Below are positions 20,608 to 30,142 of a stretch of DNA of 64,000 nucleotides, in pieces. A model generated the notes under the pieces. It searched no databases. It had not been told where the DNA came from and was given only the letters and a program-made list of their open reading frames with translations. This stretch comes from Myxococcota bacterium (GTDB lineage: Bacteria; Myxococcota_A; UBA9042; PHBI01; JAWLBL01), in NCBI GenBank assembly GCA_041687695.1, contig JAWLBL010000006.1, forward strand, positions 160,001-224,000. Direction: 5' to 3'. Position 1 is the stretch's first letter. The number at the start of each line of letters is the position of its first letter. The translations under genes were made by a program, and so were the position numbers.

Positions 20608-21557
20608 GGTCCCAACCCGAATAGCGCCCGCGCGTTGCCTCCCAGCACGCCCTCCAGCGCCTCGGGCGACAGGTCGCGCCCGGCCAGCCGCACCAGCTCG
20701 CGGTCCCAGGCGTAGGGCAGGTTGGGGAAGTCCGTCCCGTACAGGATCCGCTCGGGGCGCACGTCCAGCAGATCCCACGGCACCGCGCCCGGCAGGTACC
20801 CGGCGATGGCCATGGTCGTGTCGAGCCACAGGGTGTCGTGGCGCTCGAGCAGCCGCGCGTAGGCCCGGTACTCGTCTGCGCCCAGGTGCGGCACGCACAG
20901 CTTCAGCGTCGGGTGGTCGCGCAAGACCCGCTCGACCCGCTCGGCCGAACACAGCTGGTACGGGTCGCAGGCGTAGGCAGGGCTCTTAGGCTCGCGCCCG
21001 GCGTGCATCACCAGCGGCTTGCCCGCCTCGGCGCACGCCTGATAGATGGGCCGCAGCGGGTCGGCGTCGGGCGCGAAGCACTGCACGTGGCAGTGCAGCT
21101 TGACCCCGCCCAGCCCCGCCGCGAACGCCTCGCGCAAGATGCCCGCCGCGTCCTCGTCCTGTGGGTGTACCGTCGCCAGCCCGGTCACCCGCGGCTCGCC
21201 GCGCACCACCTCGGCCATCCAGGCGTTCATCGCCCGCGCCATCCCCGCCTGGTGCGCGTAGTGCAGCGCGACCAGGTGGTCGACGCCCCGCGACAGCAGG
21301 AACGCTATGACCGCCGGCGTCTGCAGCTTGTAGCGGATCGGCCAGCCGTGCTGCTCGAACCAGCGCCAGATGGCCTCGAACAGCCTGTCCGGGAACAGGT
21401 GCACGTGCGCGTCCACGACCGGCGGCAGGCCGGCCCGCACCGCCGCCCCCTCGGGGTCGTCCAGCGCCGGCAGCGGCGTCCGCAGCATCCCCTCGCCGCA
21501 GGTCGGCAGGCAGGGCTCCAGCGCGTCTTCGGCGCGGCTCGGGGGCTGGTCACGCAT
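20589..21557 (-). CDS. Amidohydrolase family 2 protein
   Basis: DAHVH, VKLHCHVQ, HAGREP, PHLGADE, YGTDFP; start uncertain. Confidence 0.85.
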   Translation of the reverse strand: MRDQPPSRAEDALEPCLPTCGEGMLRTPLPALDDPEGAAVRAGLPPVVDAHVHLFPDRLFEAIWRWFEQHGWPIRYKLQTPAVIAFLLSRGVDHLVALHYAHQAGMARAMNAWMAEVVRGEPRVTGLATVHPQDEDAAGILREAFAAGLGGVKLHCHVQCFAPDADPLRPIYQACAEAGKPLVMHAGREPKSPAYACDPYQLCSAERVERVLRDHPTLKLCVPHLGADEYRAYARLLERHDTLWLDTTMAIAGYLPGAVPWDLLDVRPERILYGTDFPNLPYAWDRELVRLAGRDLSPEALEGVLGGNARALFGLGPQPSRR

Positions 21558-21604
21558 CGCCCCCCGTGTACCATCGGGGGACTTCCCGACCAAGGCGGAC
21601 CCGC

Positions 21605-22408
21605 ATGCCGCTCCCGCTGACCCCGCTCGACTGCCCCGCCTGCCACGGCGACCTCGAACGCGCCGACGGCGCCGCCGTGTGCCAGGTGTGCCAGCGCCGC
21701 TATCCAGACCGCGGCGCCTTCCTCGATCTCCGCACCGAGGCCGCGCCTCGCCCCACCGGCCTCGGCCCGCGGCTGATGTACTGGCGCCCCCTCGCCCGCG
21801 CCTACGAGCGGCTGTGGCGCCCCGCCTTCGTCGCCGTCAGCTCGGGCCGCCGCCCCGACTTCGACCGCGAGTACGACCTGGTCCGCGCCTGGCTCGCCCC
21901 CGCCGCGGGCGGCGTCCTGGCCGATCTGAGCTGCGGCCCCGGCGTGCTCGGCCGACGCCTGGCCGCCTCCGGCGACTTCGCCCGCGTCTACGGCGTGGAT
22001 CTGTCCGCCGCCATGCTGATCCAGGCCAGCCGCCTCAACGCCGCCGACGGCACCACCGACGCCTTCCCGCTGGTCCGCGCCGACGTCGCCCGCCTGCCGC
22101 TGCGCGACGCCTCGCTGGCCGGCGCCCACGCCGGCGCCGCCATGCACCTGTGGCCGGACGTCCCCGCCGCCCTCTCCGAGGTCGCCCGCGTCCTGCGTCC
22201 CGGCGGCGTCTTCGTCGCCAGCACCTTCACCTACCGCGCCGGCAGCCGCCTGGGCCGCGCCGCCGCCGCCCTGGGCCAGCGCGCCGTGGCCGCCCGCCTG
22301 TTCGACGAGGGCCGCCTCGCCCGCGCCCTGGTCGACGCGGGCCTGGTCGGCTACCGCGCCCGCCGCTGGGGGACCTACACCGTCTTCCGCGCCGTGCGCC
22401 CCGGCTGA
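21605..22408 (+). CDS. Class I SAM methyltransferase with N-terminal Zn-ribbon
   Basis: CPAC...CQVC, DLSCGPG, GVDLSAAM, RADVARLP, EVARVLRPGG. Confidence 0.88.
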   Translation: MPLPLTPLDCPACHGDLERADGAAVCQVCQRRYPDRGAFLDLRTEAAPRPTGLGPRLMYWRPLARAYERLWRPAFVAVSSGRRPDFDREYDLVRAWLAPAAGGVLADLSCGPGVLGRRLAASGDFARVYGVDLSAAMLIQASRLNAADGTTDAFPLVRADVARLPLRDASLAGAHAGAAMHLWPDVPAALSEVARVLRPGGVFVASTFTYRAGSRLGRAAAALGQRAVAARLFDEGRLARALVDAGLVGYRARRWGTYTVFRAVRPG

Positions 22409-22509
22409 CGGGGGAAGGCCCTCGCCGCCCTGGGGGTTGGAGCCGAGACCCGGGGAGGGCCACGATGACCGCGCAGCCCGCGACGAAGTCCGAGCACGAG
22501 GAGCCGACC

Positions 22510-23835
22510 ATGAGCGCCCCCGACTCCGGCGAGCCGAAGAAGAAGCGTCGCCGCCGTCGCCGCCGCCCGGCCGACGCGCCGGCCGCGGCCACCTCCTCGA
22601 CCGGTGGCGCCGCCGGTCCCGAGCAGCGCCGTAGCGCCCCCAGCCCCGAGCAGCGCGCCGCCGCCGCCCTGCGCGAGCTGTCGGCCGCCGCCCGCGAGCT
22701 GGCCCTGCGCGCCGGCTGGTCGCCCGAGCAGCTCTCGGCCCTGGACCGGCTGGTGGTCCCCCTCGAGCTGCCCGCCCCCGGCGCCTCCGGCAAGGCCCTC
22801 GCCGAGCACGCCCGCGGGGTCTCGCGGGATCTCGCCGGCCGCATCGACGAGGCCCTGACCGGCGCCGTCGCCTTCCAGCCGGCGCGCGTGTACTGCTTCT
22901 ACTGCGACGCCGCCGACTGCGAGCACGCGGCGCCCCCCTCGGGGCACTTCACCTTCAGCGGCTACGGCCCCACCGGCCGCCCCGAGTGGCGCGACTTCGT
23001 CAACGCCTGCATCGACCGCCGCGACCCGCGCGTCGACCGCCTGTACGGCGACAGCCCCGAGATCCTGGTCTTCCTCGAGACCGGCGACGCCCTGACCAGC
23101 GGCCTGCTGCCCGAGTTCGGCCGCGGCAGCCTGGCCTTCCGCCTGGTCGGGCAGGTGGTGGCCGGCCTCATCCCGATGCGCACGGACGACGGGGTGGACG
23201 GCCCCGACCGCGTCGCCCTGACCGTGCAGCTGGTGGAGACCCGCTCGGGCGAGCGCGCCCGGCGCCTGCGCGTGAACCTGCTGGGGCTGCCCCGCGCGAC
23301 CCTGGTCGAGGCGGCCGCCAACGGCGAGGCGCGCGGGCTGGGCGAGCGCGTCCGCGGCGTCCTGGGCGAGACCCAGCGCCGCGTCGACGTGCTGGCGCGC
23401 CGGGTCCTGGCCGCCGAGCGCCGCGGCCAGCCGCTGGACGTCGACGCCGAGGCCCGCCCCGTGCTCGAGCGCCTGCGCACCGAGCTGCAGCGCGCCCTGC
23501 GGCCGACCCGCCACCGCACCCGCCACGCCCAGGAGCGCCACCAGAGCGGCGAGCGCCCGACCGGCAGCGCCGTGAACGACGCCCTGCGCGCCAGCGACCA
23601 GGCCCTGCTCGAGGACGTGCGCCACGGCACGGTCGTGGTCCTCGGCCCCCGCGGTCGCGCCCACGTCTTCAGCCCCGAGGGCCGGCACGTCACGAGCCTG
23701 CAGCTGCAGCCCGGCGAGGTCGCCCGCAAGACCGGCCGCTCCCTGTGGCGCGCCCTGGCCCGCCCGGCCGCCGAGGCCTTCCGCGCCCAGCTCGAGCTGC
23801 TGGCCCAGGGCGAAAAACCGGCCTACTCCGTCTAG
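22510..23835 (+). CDS. Hypothetical protein with polybasic N-terminus, CxxC-x4-C-x-H motif and possible RNase-like C-terminus
   Basis: GAGGAG RBS before ATG 22510; strong GC3 codon bias; YCFYCDAADCEH; RTRHAQER. Confidence 0.75.
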   Translation: MSAPDSGEPKKKRRRRRRRPADAPAAATSSTGGAAGPEQRRSAPSPEQRAAAALRELSAAARELALRAGWSPEQLSALDRLVVPLELPAPGASGKALAEHARGVSRDLAGRIDEALTGAVAFQPARVYCFYCDAADCEHAAPPSGHFTFSGYGPTGRPEWRDFVNACIDRRDPRVDRLYGDSPEILVFLETGDALTSGLLPEFGRGSLAFRLVGQVVAGLIPMRTDDGVDGPDRVALTVQLVETRSGERARRLRVNLLGLPRATLVEAAANGEARGLGERVRGVLGETQRRVDVLARRVLAAERRGQPLDVDAEARPVLERLRTELQRALRPTRHRTRHAQERHQSGERPTGSAVNDALRASDQALLEDVRHGTVVVLGPRGRAHVFSPEGRHVTSLQLQPGEVARKTGRSLWRALARPAAEAFRAQLELLAQGEKPAYSV

Positions 23836-23854
23836 TCCAGCTACCCTCGGGCCC

Positions 23855-25264
23855 ATGCCCACCGACTACGGCTGGCTCTCGGTCCTGCCGCCCCTCATGG
23901 CCATCGCCCTGGCGATGGTGACCCGCCAGGTCTACCTGTCGCTCTTCGCCGGGATCTGGGTCGGCACCACCGTCCTGGCCGCCGGCGACCCGCTGGCCGG
24001 CCTCGCCGCCGCCCTCGACGCCTGCATCACCGTCTTCGAGGACCCTGGCAACACCCGCGTCATCGCCTTCTCCGCCCTGGTCGGCGCCCTCCTCGCCTTC
24101 ACCCAGGCCTCGGGCGGCGTCGCCGGCTTCGTCGATCTCCTCGCCCGCCGCCGCCTCGGCCAGACCCCGCGCGGCGCCCAGCTCCTGTCCTGGCACCTCG
24201 GCGTCCTCGTCTTCGTCGAGTCCTCCATCACCTCGCTCGTCAACGGCTCCGTCTGCCGCCCCCTCTTCGACCGCCTGCGCCTGTCCCGCGAGAAGCTCGC
24301 CTGGCTCTGCGACGCCACCGCGGCCCCGGTCTGCATCCTCATCCCGCTCAACGGCTGGGGCGCCTACCTCATCGGCCAGCTCGAGGGGCAGGGCTACGAT
24401 CGGCCCGTCGAGGCCCTGCTCTCGGCCCTTCCCTACAACCTCTACGCCCTGCTCGTCCTCGCCCTGTCCCTGCTGCTCGTCCTGACCGGCCGCGACTTCG
24501 GCCCCATGGCCGCCGCCGAACGCCGCGCCCGCGCCGGCGCCCCGCCCGACGCCCCCGCCGACCAGACCACGGACGACACCCTCGCTCCGGCCGGCGTCCG
24601 CCCCCACGCCCCCTCCTTCGTCCTGCCGGTCCTGACCATGATCGCCATGATGCCCCTCGCCCTCTGGGTCACCGGCGACGGCGACCTCATGGCCGGCTCC
24701 GGCTCGACCTCGGTCTTCTGGGCCGTCCTCGCCGGCACCACCGTCGCCGCCGCCCTCGCCGTCGGCCGCCGCCTCATGACCGTCAACGCCTCGGTCGACC
24801 TCTTCTTCAAGGGCGCCGGCGCCCTGCTGCCCCTGGCCGTCCTGATGGTCCTCGCCTTCGCCCTCGGCGCCGTCGCCAAGGCCCTGGGCACCGGCCCCTT
24901 CGTCGCCGCCCTGGCCCGCGAGGCCGTCGACCCCGCCGCCGTCCCCGCGATGCTCTTCCTCGTCGCCGGCGTCGTCGCCTTCTCGACCGGCACCTCCTGG
25001 GGGACCTTCGCCATCATGATCCCCATCGCCGTCCCGATGGCCGCCGACCCCACCCTGGGCTCGTCCGCCCCGCTCCTGCTAGGCGCCGTCCTCGGCGGCG
25101 GCATCTTCGGCGACCACGCCTCGCCCATCTCGGACACGACCCTCATCGCCTCGATGGCCGCCGGCTGCGACCACATCGCCCACGTCAACACGCAGCTGCC
25201 CTACGCCCTGACCGCTGGCGGCCTCGCCATCGCCGGCTACCTGCTGCTCGGCCTGACCCTGTAG
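23855..25264 (+). CDS. Na+/H+ antiporter NhaC family protein
   Basis: WLSVLPPL, SREKLAW.CDATAAP, FSTGTSWGTFAI, FGDHASPISDTT, HVNTQLPYA. Confidence 0.92.
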   Translation: MPTDYGWLSVLPPLMAIALAMVTRQVYLSLFAGIWVGTTVLAAGDPLAGLAAALDACITVFEDPGNTRVIAFSALVGALLAFTQASGGVAGFVDLLARRRLGQTPRGAQLLSWHLGVLVFVESSITSLVNGSVCRPLFDRLRLSREKLAWLCDATAAPVCILIPLNGWGAYLIGQLEGQGYDRPVEALLSALPYNLYALLVLALSLLLVLTGRDFGPMAAAERRARAGAPPDAPADQTTDDTLAPAGVRPHAPSFVLPVLTMIAMMPLALWVTGDGDLMAGSGSTSVFWAVLAGTTVAAALAVGRRLMTVNASVDLFFKGAGALLPLAVLMVLAFALGAVAKALGTGPFVAALAREAVDPAAVPAMLFLVAGVVAFSTGTSWGTFAIMIPIAVPMAADPTLGSSAPLLLGAVLGGGIFGDHASPISDTTLIASMAAGCDHIAHVNTQLPYALTAGGLAIAGYLLLGLTL

Positions 25265-25271
25265 TCGTCGT

Positions 25272-25772
25272 CTAACCGAGCCCCAGCAGCTCCAGCACCG
25301 CCGGGCTCGGCACCAGCTCGGCGTCGCGCTCGCCCGACAGGCGCACCAGCCGGTGCTGCACCAGCGTCCGCGCCTCCAGCGCCGCCCGCAGCGCCTCCAG
25401 ATCGGCCACCGACGGCGGCATCAGCGGCAGCGCGTGCGACAGCCGCAGCCGCGCGCCCGCCCCACCGGCCTCGCCGAACAGCGCGCCCACCTCGGCCGCC
25501 AACGCCGGCGCCAGCTCGGGCAGCAGCGCCAGGGTCAGCACGCGCATCTCCGCCTCCTCGAGCTGGTAGCGCGCCCCCACCATGTGCAGCGGGCACAGCA
25601 CCCCCAACCGCTCCAGCGCGTCCATCCCCTCCTCGAGCGCGTCCTCGCACGCGGCCCGCCCCTCGGCCGCCCCGGCCACCCCGGCCACCTCGCGCGCCAG
25701 CCACGCCACCCGCTCGCCCTCGAGCCGCGTCACCCGCGACGCCAGCGCCCCGCTCGACTCCCACCCGTCCAT
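25272..25772 (-). CDS. Hypothetical protein resembling the N-terminal winged-helix domain of Afp15/Pvc15-like AAA ATPases
   Basis: PLHMVGARYQLEEAEMRVLTLALLPEL...TLVQHRLV...VLELLG pattern; GGAGG RBS. Confidence 0.6.
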   Translation of the reverse strand: MDGWESSGALASRVTRLEGERVAWLAREVAGVAGAAEGRAACEDALEEGMDALERLGVLCPLHMVGARYQLEEAEMRVLTLALLPELAPALAAEVGALFGEAGGAGARLRLSHALPLMPPSVADLEALRAALEARTLVQHRLVRLSGERDAELVPSPAVLELLGLG

Positions 25773-25927
25773 GCTCGCCTCCACGCGCCGCCCAACCGAC
25801 CCCGCGGTTCGCCGGGCCGGCCCCACACGCTACATTGCTCGTTGACGGCCCGCCACGTCCCGCGCCCCGCGCCCGCGACGTCCCGCTTCGGCCTCCCCCC
25901 AACGCCCCCACCCCGACGGAGCCCGCC

Positions 25928-27208
25928 ATGGCACGCCTCGCCGCGTCCTCGCGCGCCCTCGCGCTCGCGGTCGCCCTGCTCGGCTGCGACGAGCGCGACG
26001 CCTCGATCGTCGCCGTCGTCGCCGACACCCCCGACGTCAACGGCGACGACGCCGAGGGCGCCCCCGAGCCCCCCGGCGCTTCATGCGGCGACGCCCCCGG
26101 CGCCGGCTGCGCGGCCGGCCAGGTCTGCGACCGGCTGGGCTGCCAGGTCGGCGCGGCCGGCACCTGCCGCGACGTCCCCGACGTCTGCCCCGAGGTCGCG
26201 GACCCGGTCTGCGGCTGTGACGGCGTGACCTACGGCAACGACTGCCTGCGCCGCCAGGCGGGCGTCGGGCGGCACCATCCGGGCGCGTGCGGCGTGGCGG
26301 GCAGCGCCTGCGGCGATCTGGTCGGCGTCGCCTGTGGCGGCGGGCTGGTCTGCGATCTGACGAGCTGCGAGTCGCCCGCCCTGGGCGTGTGCAAGACGCG
26401 GCCCTGGACCTGCGCGGACGCGCCCCAGGCGCTGGTGTGCGGCTGCGACGGCGTCACCTACGGCAGCGAGTGCGACCGCCTGCGCGCGGGCGCGGCGCGA
26501 CGGCACGAGGGGCCCTGCGCCGACGGACCGTCGGTGTGCGGCACGCTCAGCAGCCCGCCCTGCCGCTCGGGCGAGGTCTGCGACGTGATGGGCTGCGCGC
26601 TGGGCGACCCCGGCGTGTGCGCGGCCCTGCCGACCAGCTGCAGCCCGCTGTACGCGCCGGTCTGCGGCTGCGACGGCGTGACGTACGCGAACGACTGCGA
26701 GCGCCTGCGGGCCGGGGTGCGGGCGGCCCACGCCGGGCCCTGCGGCGCGGCCGGGCTGCCCTGCGGTTCGCTGGGCGGCGGGGCGTGTGGTGACGGCCTG
26801 GTGTGTGACCAGGCGACCTGTGACGAGTCGGCGCCGGGGGTGTGCGTGGCCCTGCCCGACGTCTGCGGCCGCGAGGGCACCCCGGTCTGCGGGTGCGACG
26901 GCGTGACGTACGCGAACGACTGCGAGCGCCTCCGCGCCGGCGTGGCCCGAGCTTCCAAGGGCCCATGCGCCACGCCCGGCAAGGCCTGCGGTCCCATCCC
27001 CGACGGCCTGTGCCCCGCCGGGCAGGCCTGCGCCCGCGAAGGCTGCCTCCCGGGCGCGACCGGGACCTGCGTCGCCCAGGACGATCCCTGCCCCGACCTG
27101 GACGACCCGGTCTGCGGGTGCGACGGCGTGACCTACCCGAACCCCTGCGAGCTGCGCGCGGCCGGGGTCTCGCTCGACCACACCGGGCCGTGCGCCGCCG
27201 CCGACTGA
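25928..27208 (+). CDS. Lipoprotein with five Kazal-like repeats
   Basis: LLGC lipobox; five VCGCDGVTYx(N/S)xC...G.C units alternating with a second Cys module. Confidence 0.88.
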   Translation: MARLAASSRALALAVALLGCDERDASIVAVVADTPDVNGDDAEGAPEPPGASCGDAPGAGCAAGQVCDRLGCQVGAAGTCRDVPDVCPEVADPVCGCDGVTYGNDCLRRQAGVGRHHPGACGVAGSACGDLVGVACGGGLVCDLTSCESPALGVCKTRPWTCADAPQALVCGCDGVTYGSECDRLRAGAARRHEGPCADGPSVCGTLSSPPCRSGEVCDVMGCALGDPGVCAALPTSCSPLYAPVCGCDGVTYANDCERLRAGVRAAHAGPCGAAGLPCGSLGGGACGDGLVCDQATCDESAPGVCVALPDVCGREGTPVCGCDGVTYANDCERLRAGVARASKGPCATPGKACGPIPDGLCPAGQACAREGCLPGATGTCVAQDDPCPDLDDPVCGCDGVTYPNPCELRAAGVSLDHTGPCAAAD

Positions 27209-27342
27209 GCCGTCGGCTCGACCTTGCCCGCGCCGCGCGGCTCCACTAGCCTGCGGGGGCCCGCGGCGCGGCGGGCGGGGAGGGCGCCTTGGTGACGGAA
27301 CCGGTCAGGCTGATGCGGCGGCGGCAACCCGCCGAGGCGGCG

Positions 27343-28248
27343 GTGACCGACGCCAGCCTGGCCCTGTTCCGGCTGGGCGAGCAGTGCAACAACCGCTGTC
27401 CGATGTGCAGCAACTCCGGGCGCCCCGAGGCCTTCTTCCAGGGCGAGGCCGAGCTGCTCCGGCGGGCCGATCTCCTGGCCGATCGGGGCTTTCGGCGCGT
27501 GGTCCTGACCGGCGGCGAGCCGACCATCCACCCGGCCTTCTGGGCGGTGGTCCAGCGCCTGGGCGAGCGCGGCGTCGCCTGGGACATCAACACCCACGGC
27601 CGCAGCTTCGCCGACCCGGCCTTCACCGAGCGGGCCCTGCTCGGCGGCCTGCGCCGCGCCATCGTCTCGCTGCACTCGCACCGGCCCGAGGCGGCGCGCG
27701 TCATCTCGGGGTTCTCCCACGGCGCCTTCGAAGAGACGGTCGCCGGCCTCGACCAGCTGGTCCGCGCCGGGGCCTGGCTGATGATCAACTGCGTCCTGAC
27801 GACGCACAACCTGGACGTCGCCGACTACCTGCGGTTCTGCGCCGCGCGCTTCGGCAGCGAGCCGCGCTACAAGCTGGTCTTCCCGTCGACCGGCGGCAAG
27901 GGCGGCGACTGGGAGGGCATCCAGCTGCGCTTGAACGACGTGCGCGGGCCGGTGGCGCAGGCGCGCGCGATCGCCGCCGAGCTGGGCCTGCGCCTGGCCT
28001 TCGAGTCGCTGCCGAACTGCGTGCTGGACGACCCGTCCGCCGACGACACCAGCCGCTCGGGCTTCGGCGAGACCCACTACCTCGACGACCTCGACGGCGA
28101 GCGCCTGTACCCCATCCGGGCCATCGAGGCCGCCCTGTCGGCCTTCCCCGACTCGTGCCGCGGCTGCCGCGCGCTGCCCCGCTGCCCCGGGGTCGCCGAG
28201 AGTTACCTGCGCCGCCACGGCGCCTCCGAGCTGACCCCGTTCCGCTGA
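27343..28248 (+). CDS. Radical SAM protein, HxsC-like, with Cys-rich C-terminus
   Basis: CNNRCPMC, TGGEPT, VSLHSH, C-terminal CRGC...CPG...Y...G..EL.P; start uncertain (27289-27343). Confidence 0.85.
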   Translation: MTDASLALFRLGEQCNNRCPMCSNSGRPEAFFQGEAELLRRADLLADRGFRRVVLTGGEPTIHPAFWAVVQRLGERGVAWDINTHGRSFADPAFTERALLGGLRRAIVSLHSHRPEAARVISGFSHGAFEETVAGLDQLVRAGAWLMINCVLTTHNLDVADYLRFCAARFGSEPRYKLVFPSTGGKGGDWEGIQLRLNDVRGPVAQARAIAAELGLRLAFESLPNCVLDDPSADDTSRSGFGETHYLDDLDGERLYPIRAIEAALSAFPDSCRGCRALPRCPGVAESYLRRHGASELTPFR

Positions 28249-28255
28249 GGCCTCC

Positions 28256-29212
28256 ATGACGCCGCTCGCCCGCCTCCTCGGCGCCCTCGCCGTCGTCGCC
28301 GCCCTGGCCGCGCCCGCGGGGTCGGCCGAGAGGCTGGCCTGGCCTCACGAGCGCCTCGCGCCCGCGCTGGCCGAGGCCGCCGCGTCGGGCCGGCTGGTGC
28401 TGGTCAAGGCCGACGCCGCCTGGTGCCCCGAGTGCAAGACGCTCGAGGCCGAGGTCTTCGCCACGCCGGCCGGCGCCGCCCTGGCCCAGCGCTTCGTCGC
28501 GGCGCGGCTGGACTTCGACCATCCCGACAACCGCCCGGCCATGGAGCGCTACGTCATCCTGGGGTTGCCGACGACGCTGGTGCTTCGCGCCGACGGCAGC
28601 GAGGTGGGGCGCGTGACGGGCTACCAGGGCGCCGAGCAGTTCCTGGCCGCGCTCGGGGCCATCGAGACCCGCGGCGACGTCCTGCCCGCGCTGCGCGCCG
28701 CGGCCGCCGCGCGCCCCGACGATCCCGAGGCCCTGCTGCGGCTGGGCGAGGCGCTGCTGGTGCGCGGCGACCCGGCCGGCGAGGCGACGCTCGAGCGCGT
28801 GACCTGGCTGGCTGCGGGTGCGCGCCCCGAGCTGGCGGCCGAGGCGCTGTTCCTGCTGGGGCGCTTCCACCACCGGGTGCGCCGCGATCCGGCGACCGCG
28901 CGCCACCTCTGGCGCGAGCTGGCGACCCGCTACCCCGACCAGGGCTGGGCGGGCGGCGCCTGGGCCTGGTACGCCCGCGCGCAGGCCGAGCTGGGCCAGC
29001 CCCAGGTCGGCGCCACGGCCCTGCGCGTCCGCGCCGTCGCCGATCCGGCCAACGCCGCGGCCACGCGCCAGTGGGTGCAGTTCCTGGTCGACCAGCCGGC
29101 CTTCCCTGGCCGCGAGGTCGAGCTGAAGGCCCTCGGCGCCCACGTCGAGCGGCTGCCCGAGGCGCAGCGCCGCGACCTGGGGGCGCTCGTCCGGCCGCTG
29201 CTCACCCGCTGA
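28256..29212 (+). CDS. Exported thioredoxin-family protein with TPR-like helical C-terminus
   Basis: Signal peptide; AAWCPECK, GLPT (cis-Pro loop), AEALFLLG. Confidence 0.82.
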   Translation: MTPLARLLGALAVVAALAAPAGSAERLAWPHERLAPALAEAAASGRLVLVKADAAWCPECKTLEAEVFATPAGAALAQRFVAARLDFDHPDNRPAMERYVILGLPTTLVLRADGSEVGRVTGYQGAEQFLAALGAIETRGDVLPALRAAAAARPDDPEALLRLGEALLVRGDPAGEATLERVTWLAAGARPELAAEALFLLGRFHHRVRRDPATARHLWRELATRYPDQGWAGGAWAWYARAQAELGQPQVGATALRVRAVADPANAAATRQWVQFLVDQPAFPGREVELKALGAHVERLPEAQRRDLGALVRPLLTR

Positions 29213-29323
29213 CGGCGGCGCCCCGTCATGACCGAACCATGACCGAGCGATGACCGGCCCGTGACCCACGCCGGCCGAGGCCGCGGCAGACTGACCTCAC
29301 CCAACCCGCCCCGGAGGTCCGTC

Positions 29324-30103
29324 ATGCGCCGCCATCGCCTCGCGCCGCTCCTCGCCCTGCTCACCCTGGCCGCCCCGCTCCTGCTCGCCTGCGCCGCCCC
29401 CAGCAAGGCCCTCGCGCCGTCGCTGGCGCCCATCGCCGCGCCCGTCCCGCCGCCCGAGGACCCGTTCAAGCGCGACCAGGTGGGCGGCCTGGACGAGGCG
29501 GCGCTGCAGCAGCTGCTCCAGACCCCGCTGGTCCTCGACGAGCGCGCTCGGGTCGGCGTGGTCCCGGTCGCCAGCGCCTACGGCCCCGACGGGGCGCTGC
29601 CGCTGACCCACGTCCCCGCCGTCCTGGGCGAGGCCCTCGAAGGCACCGGCCACTTCGAGGTCGCCAGCGAGGTCGCCACCGACTGGCCCGCCGATCGCGG
29701 CCTGCCGGGCCTGCGCGAGCTGGGCGCCCGCTACCGCGCGCCCTACCTGCTGCTCTACCGCCACCGCTTCGTCGACCGCTCGTGGACCAACGCCTGGGGC
29801 GTGACCTGGCTGACGCTGGTCGGCGGCCTGGTGACCCCCAACCAGACCCTCGAGGCGGCCGGCGTCCTCGAGGCCACCCTGTACGACGTGCGCACCGGCG
29901 CCTTGCTGTTCACGGTCCACGAGCGCGTCTCCGCCCGCACCACCGAGACCGTCTGGCAGAACGAGCGGAAGCTGCGCGAGCTGCGCGAGCGCCTGCTCCG
30001 TAAGGGCGCCGAAGGGCTCGCCACGCAGGTGGTCGACAAGGTCCAGCGCCTCGCCTCCGTCCGCCCCCCGCGTTCTCCCTCGACCCAGGCCGCCTCCGAC
30101 TGA
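29324..30103 (+). CDS. Lipoprotein of unknown function (rhombotarget-lipoprotein-like pattern)
   Basis: LLLAC lipobox; WLTLVGGLVTP, LYDVRTGALLF; GGAGG RBS. Confidence 0.7.
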   Translation: MRRHRLAPLLALLTLAAPLLLACAAPSKALAPSLAPIAAPVPPPEDPFKRDQVGGLDEAALQQLLQTPLVLDERARVGVVPVASAYGPDGALPLTHVPAVLGEALEGTGHFEVASEVATDWPADRGLPGLRELGARYRAPYLLLYRHRFVDRSWTNAWGVTWLTLVGGLVTPNQTLEAAGVLEATLYDVRTGALLFTVHERVSARTTETVWQNERKLRELRERLLRKGAEGLATQVVDKVQRLASVRPPRSPSTQAASD

Positions 30104-30142
30104 CCCGGCCCGCGCCGCCGCGAACCCTTGCGTCCGGGCCCG

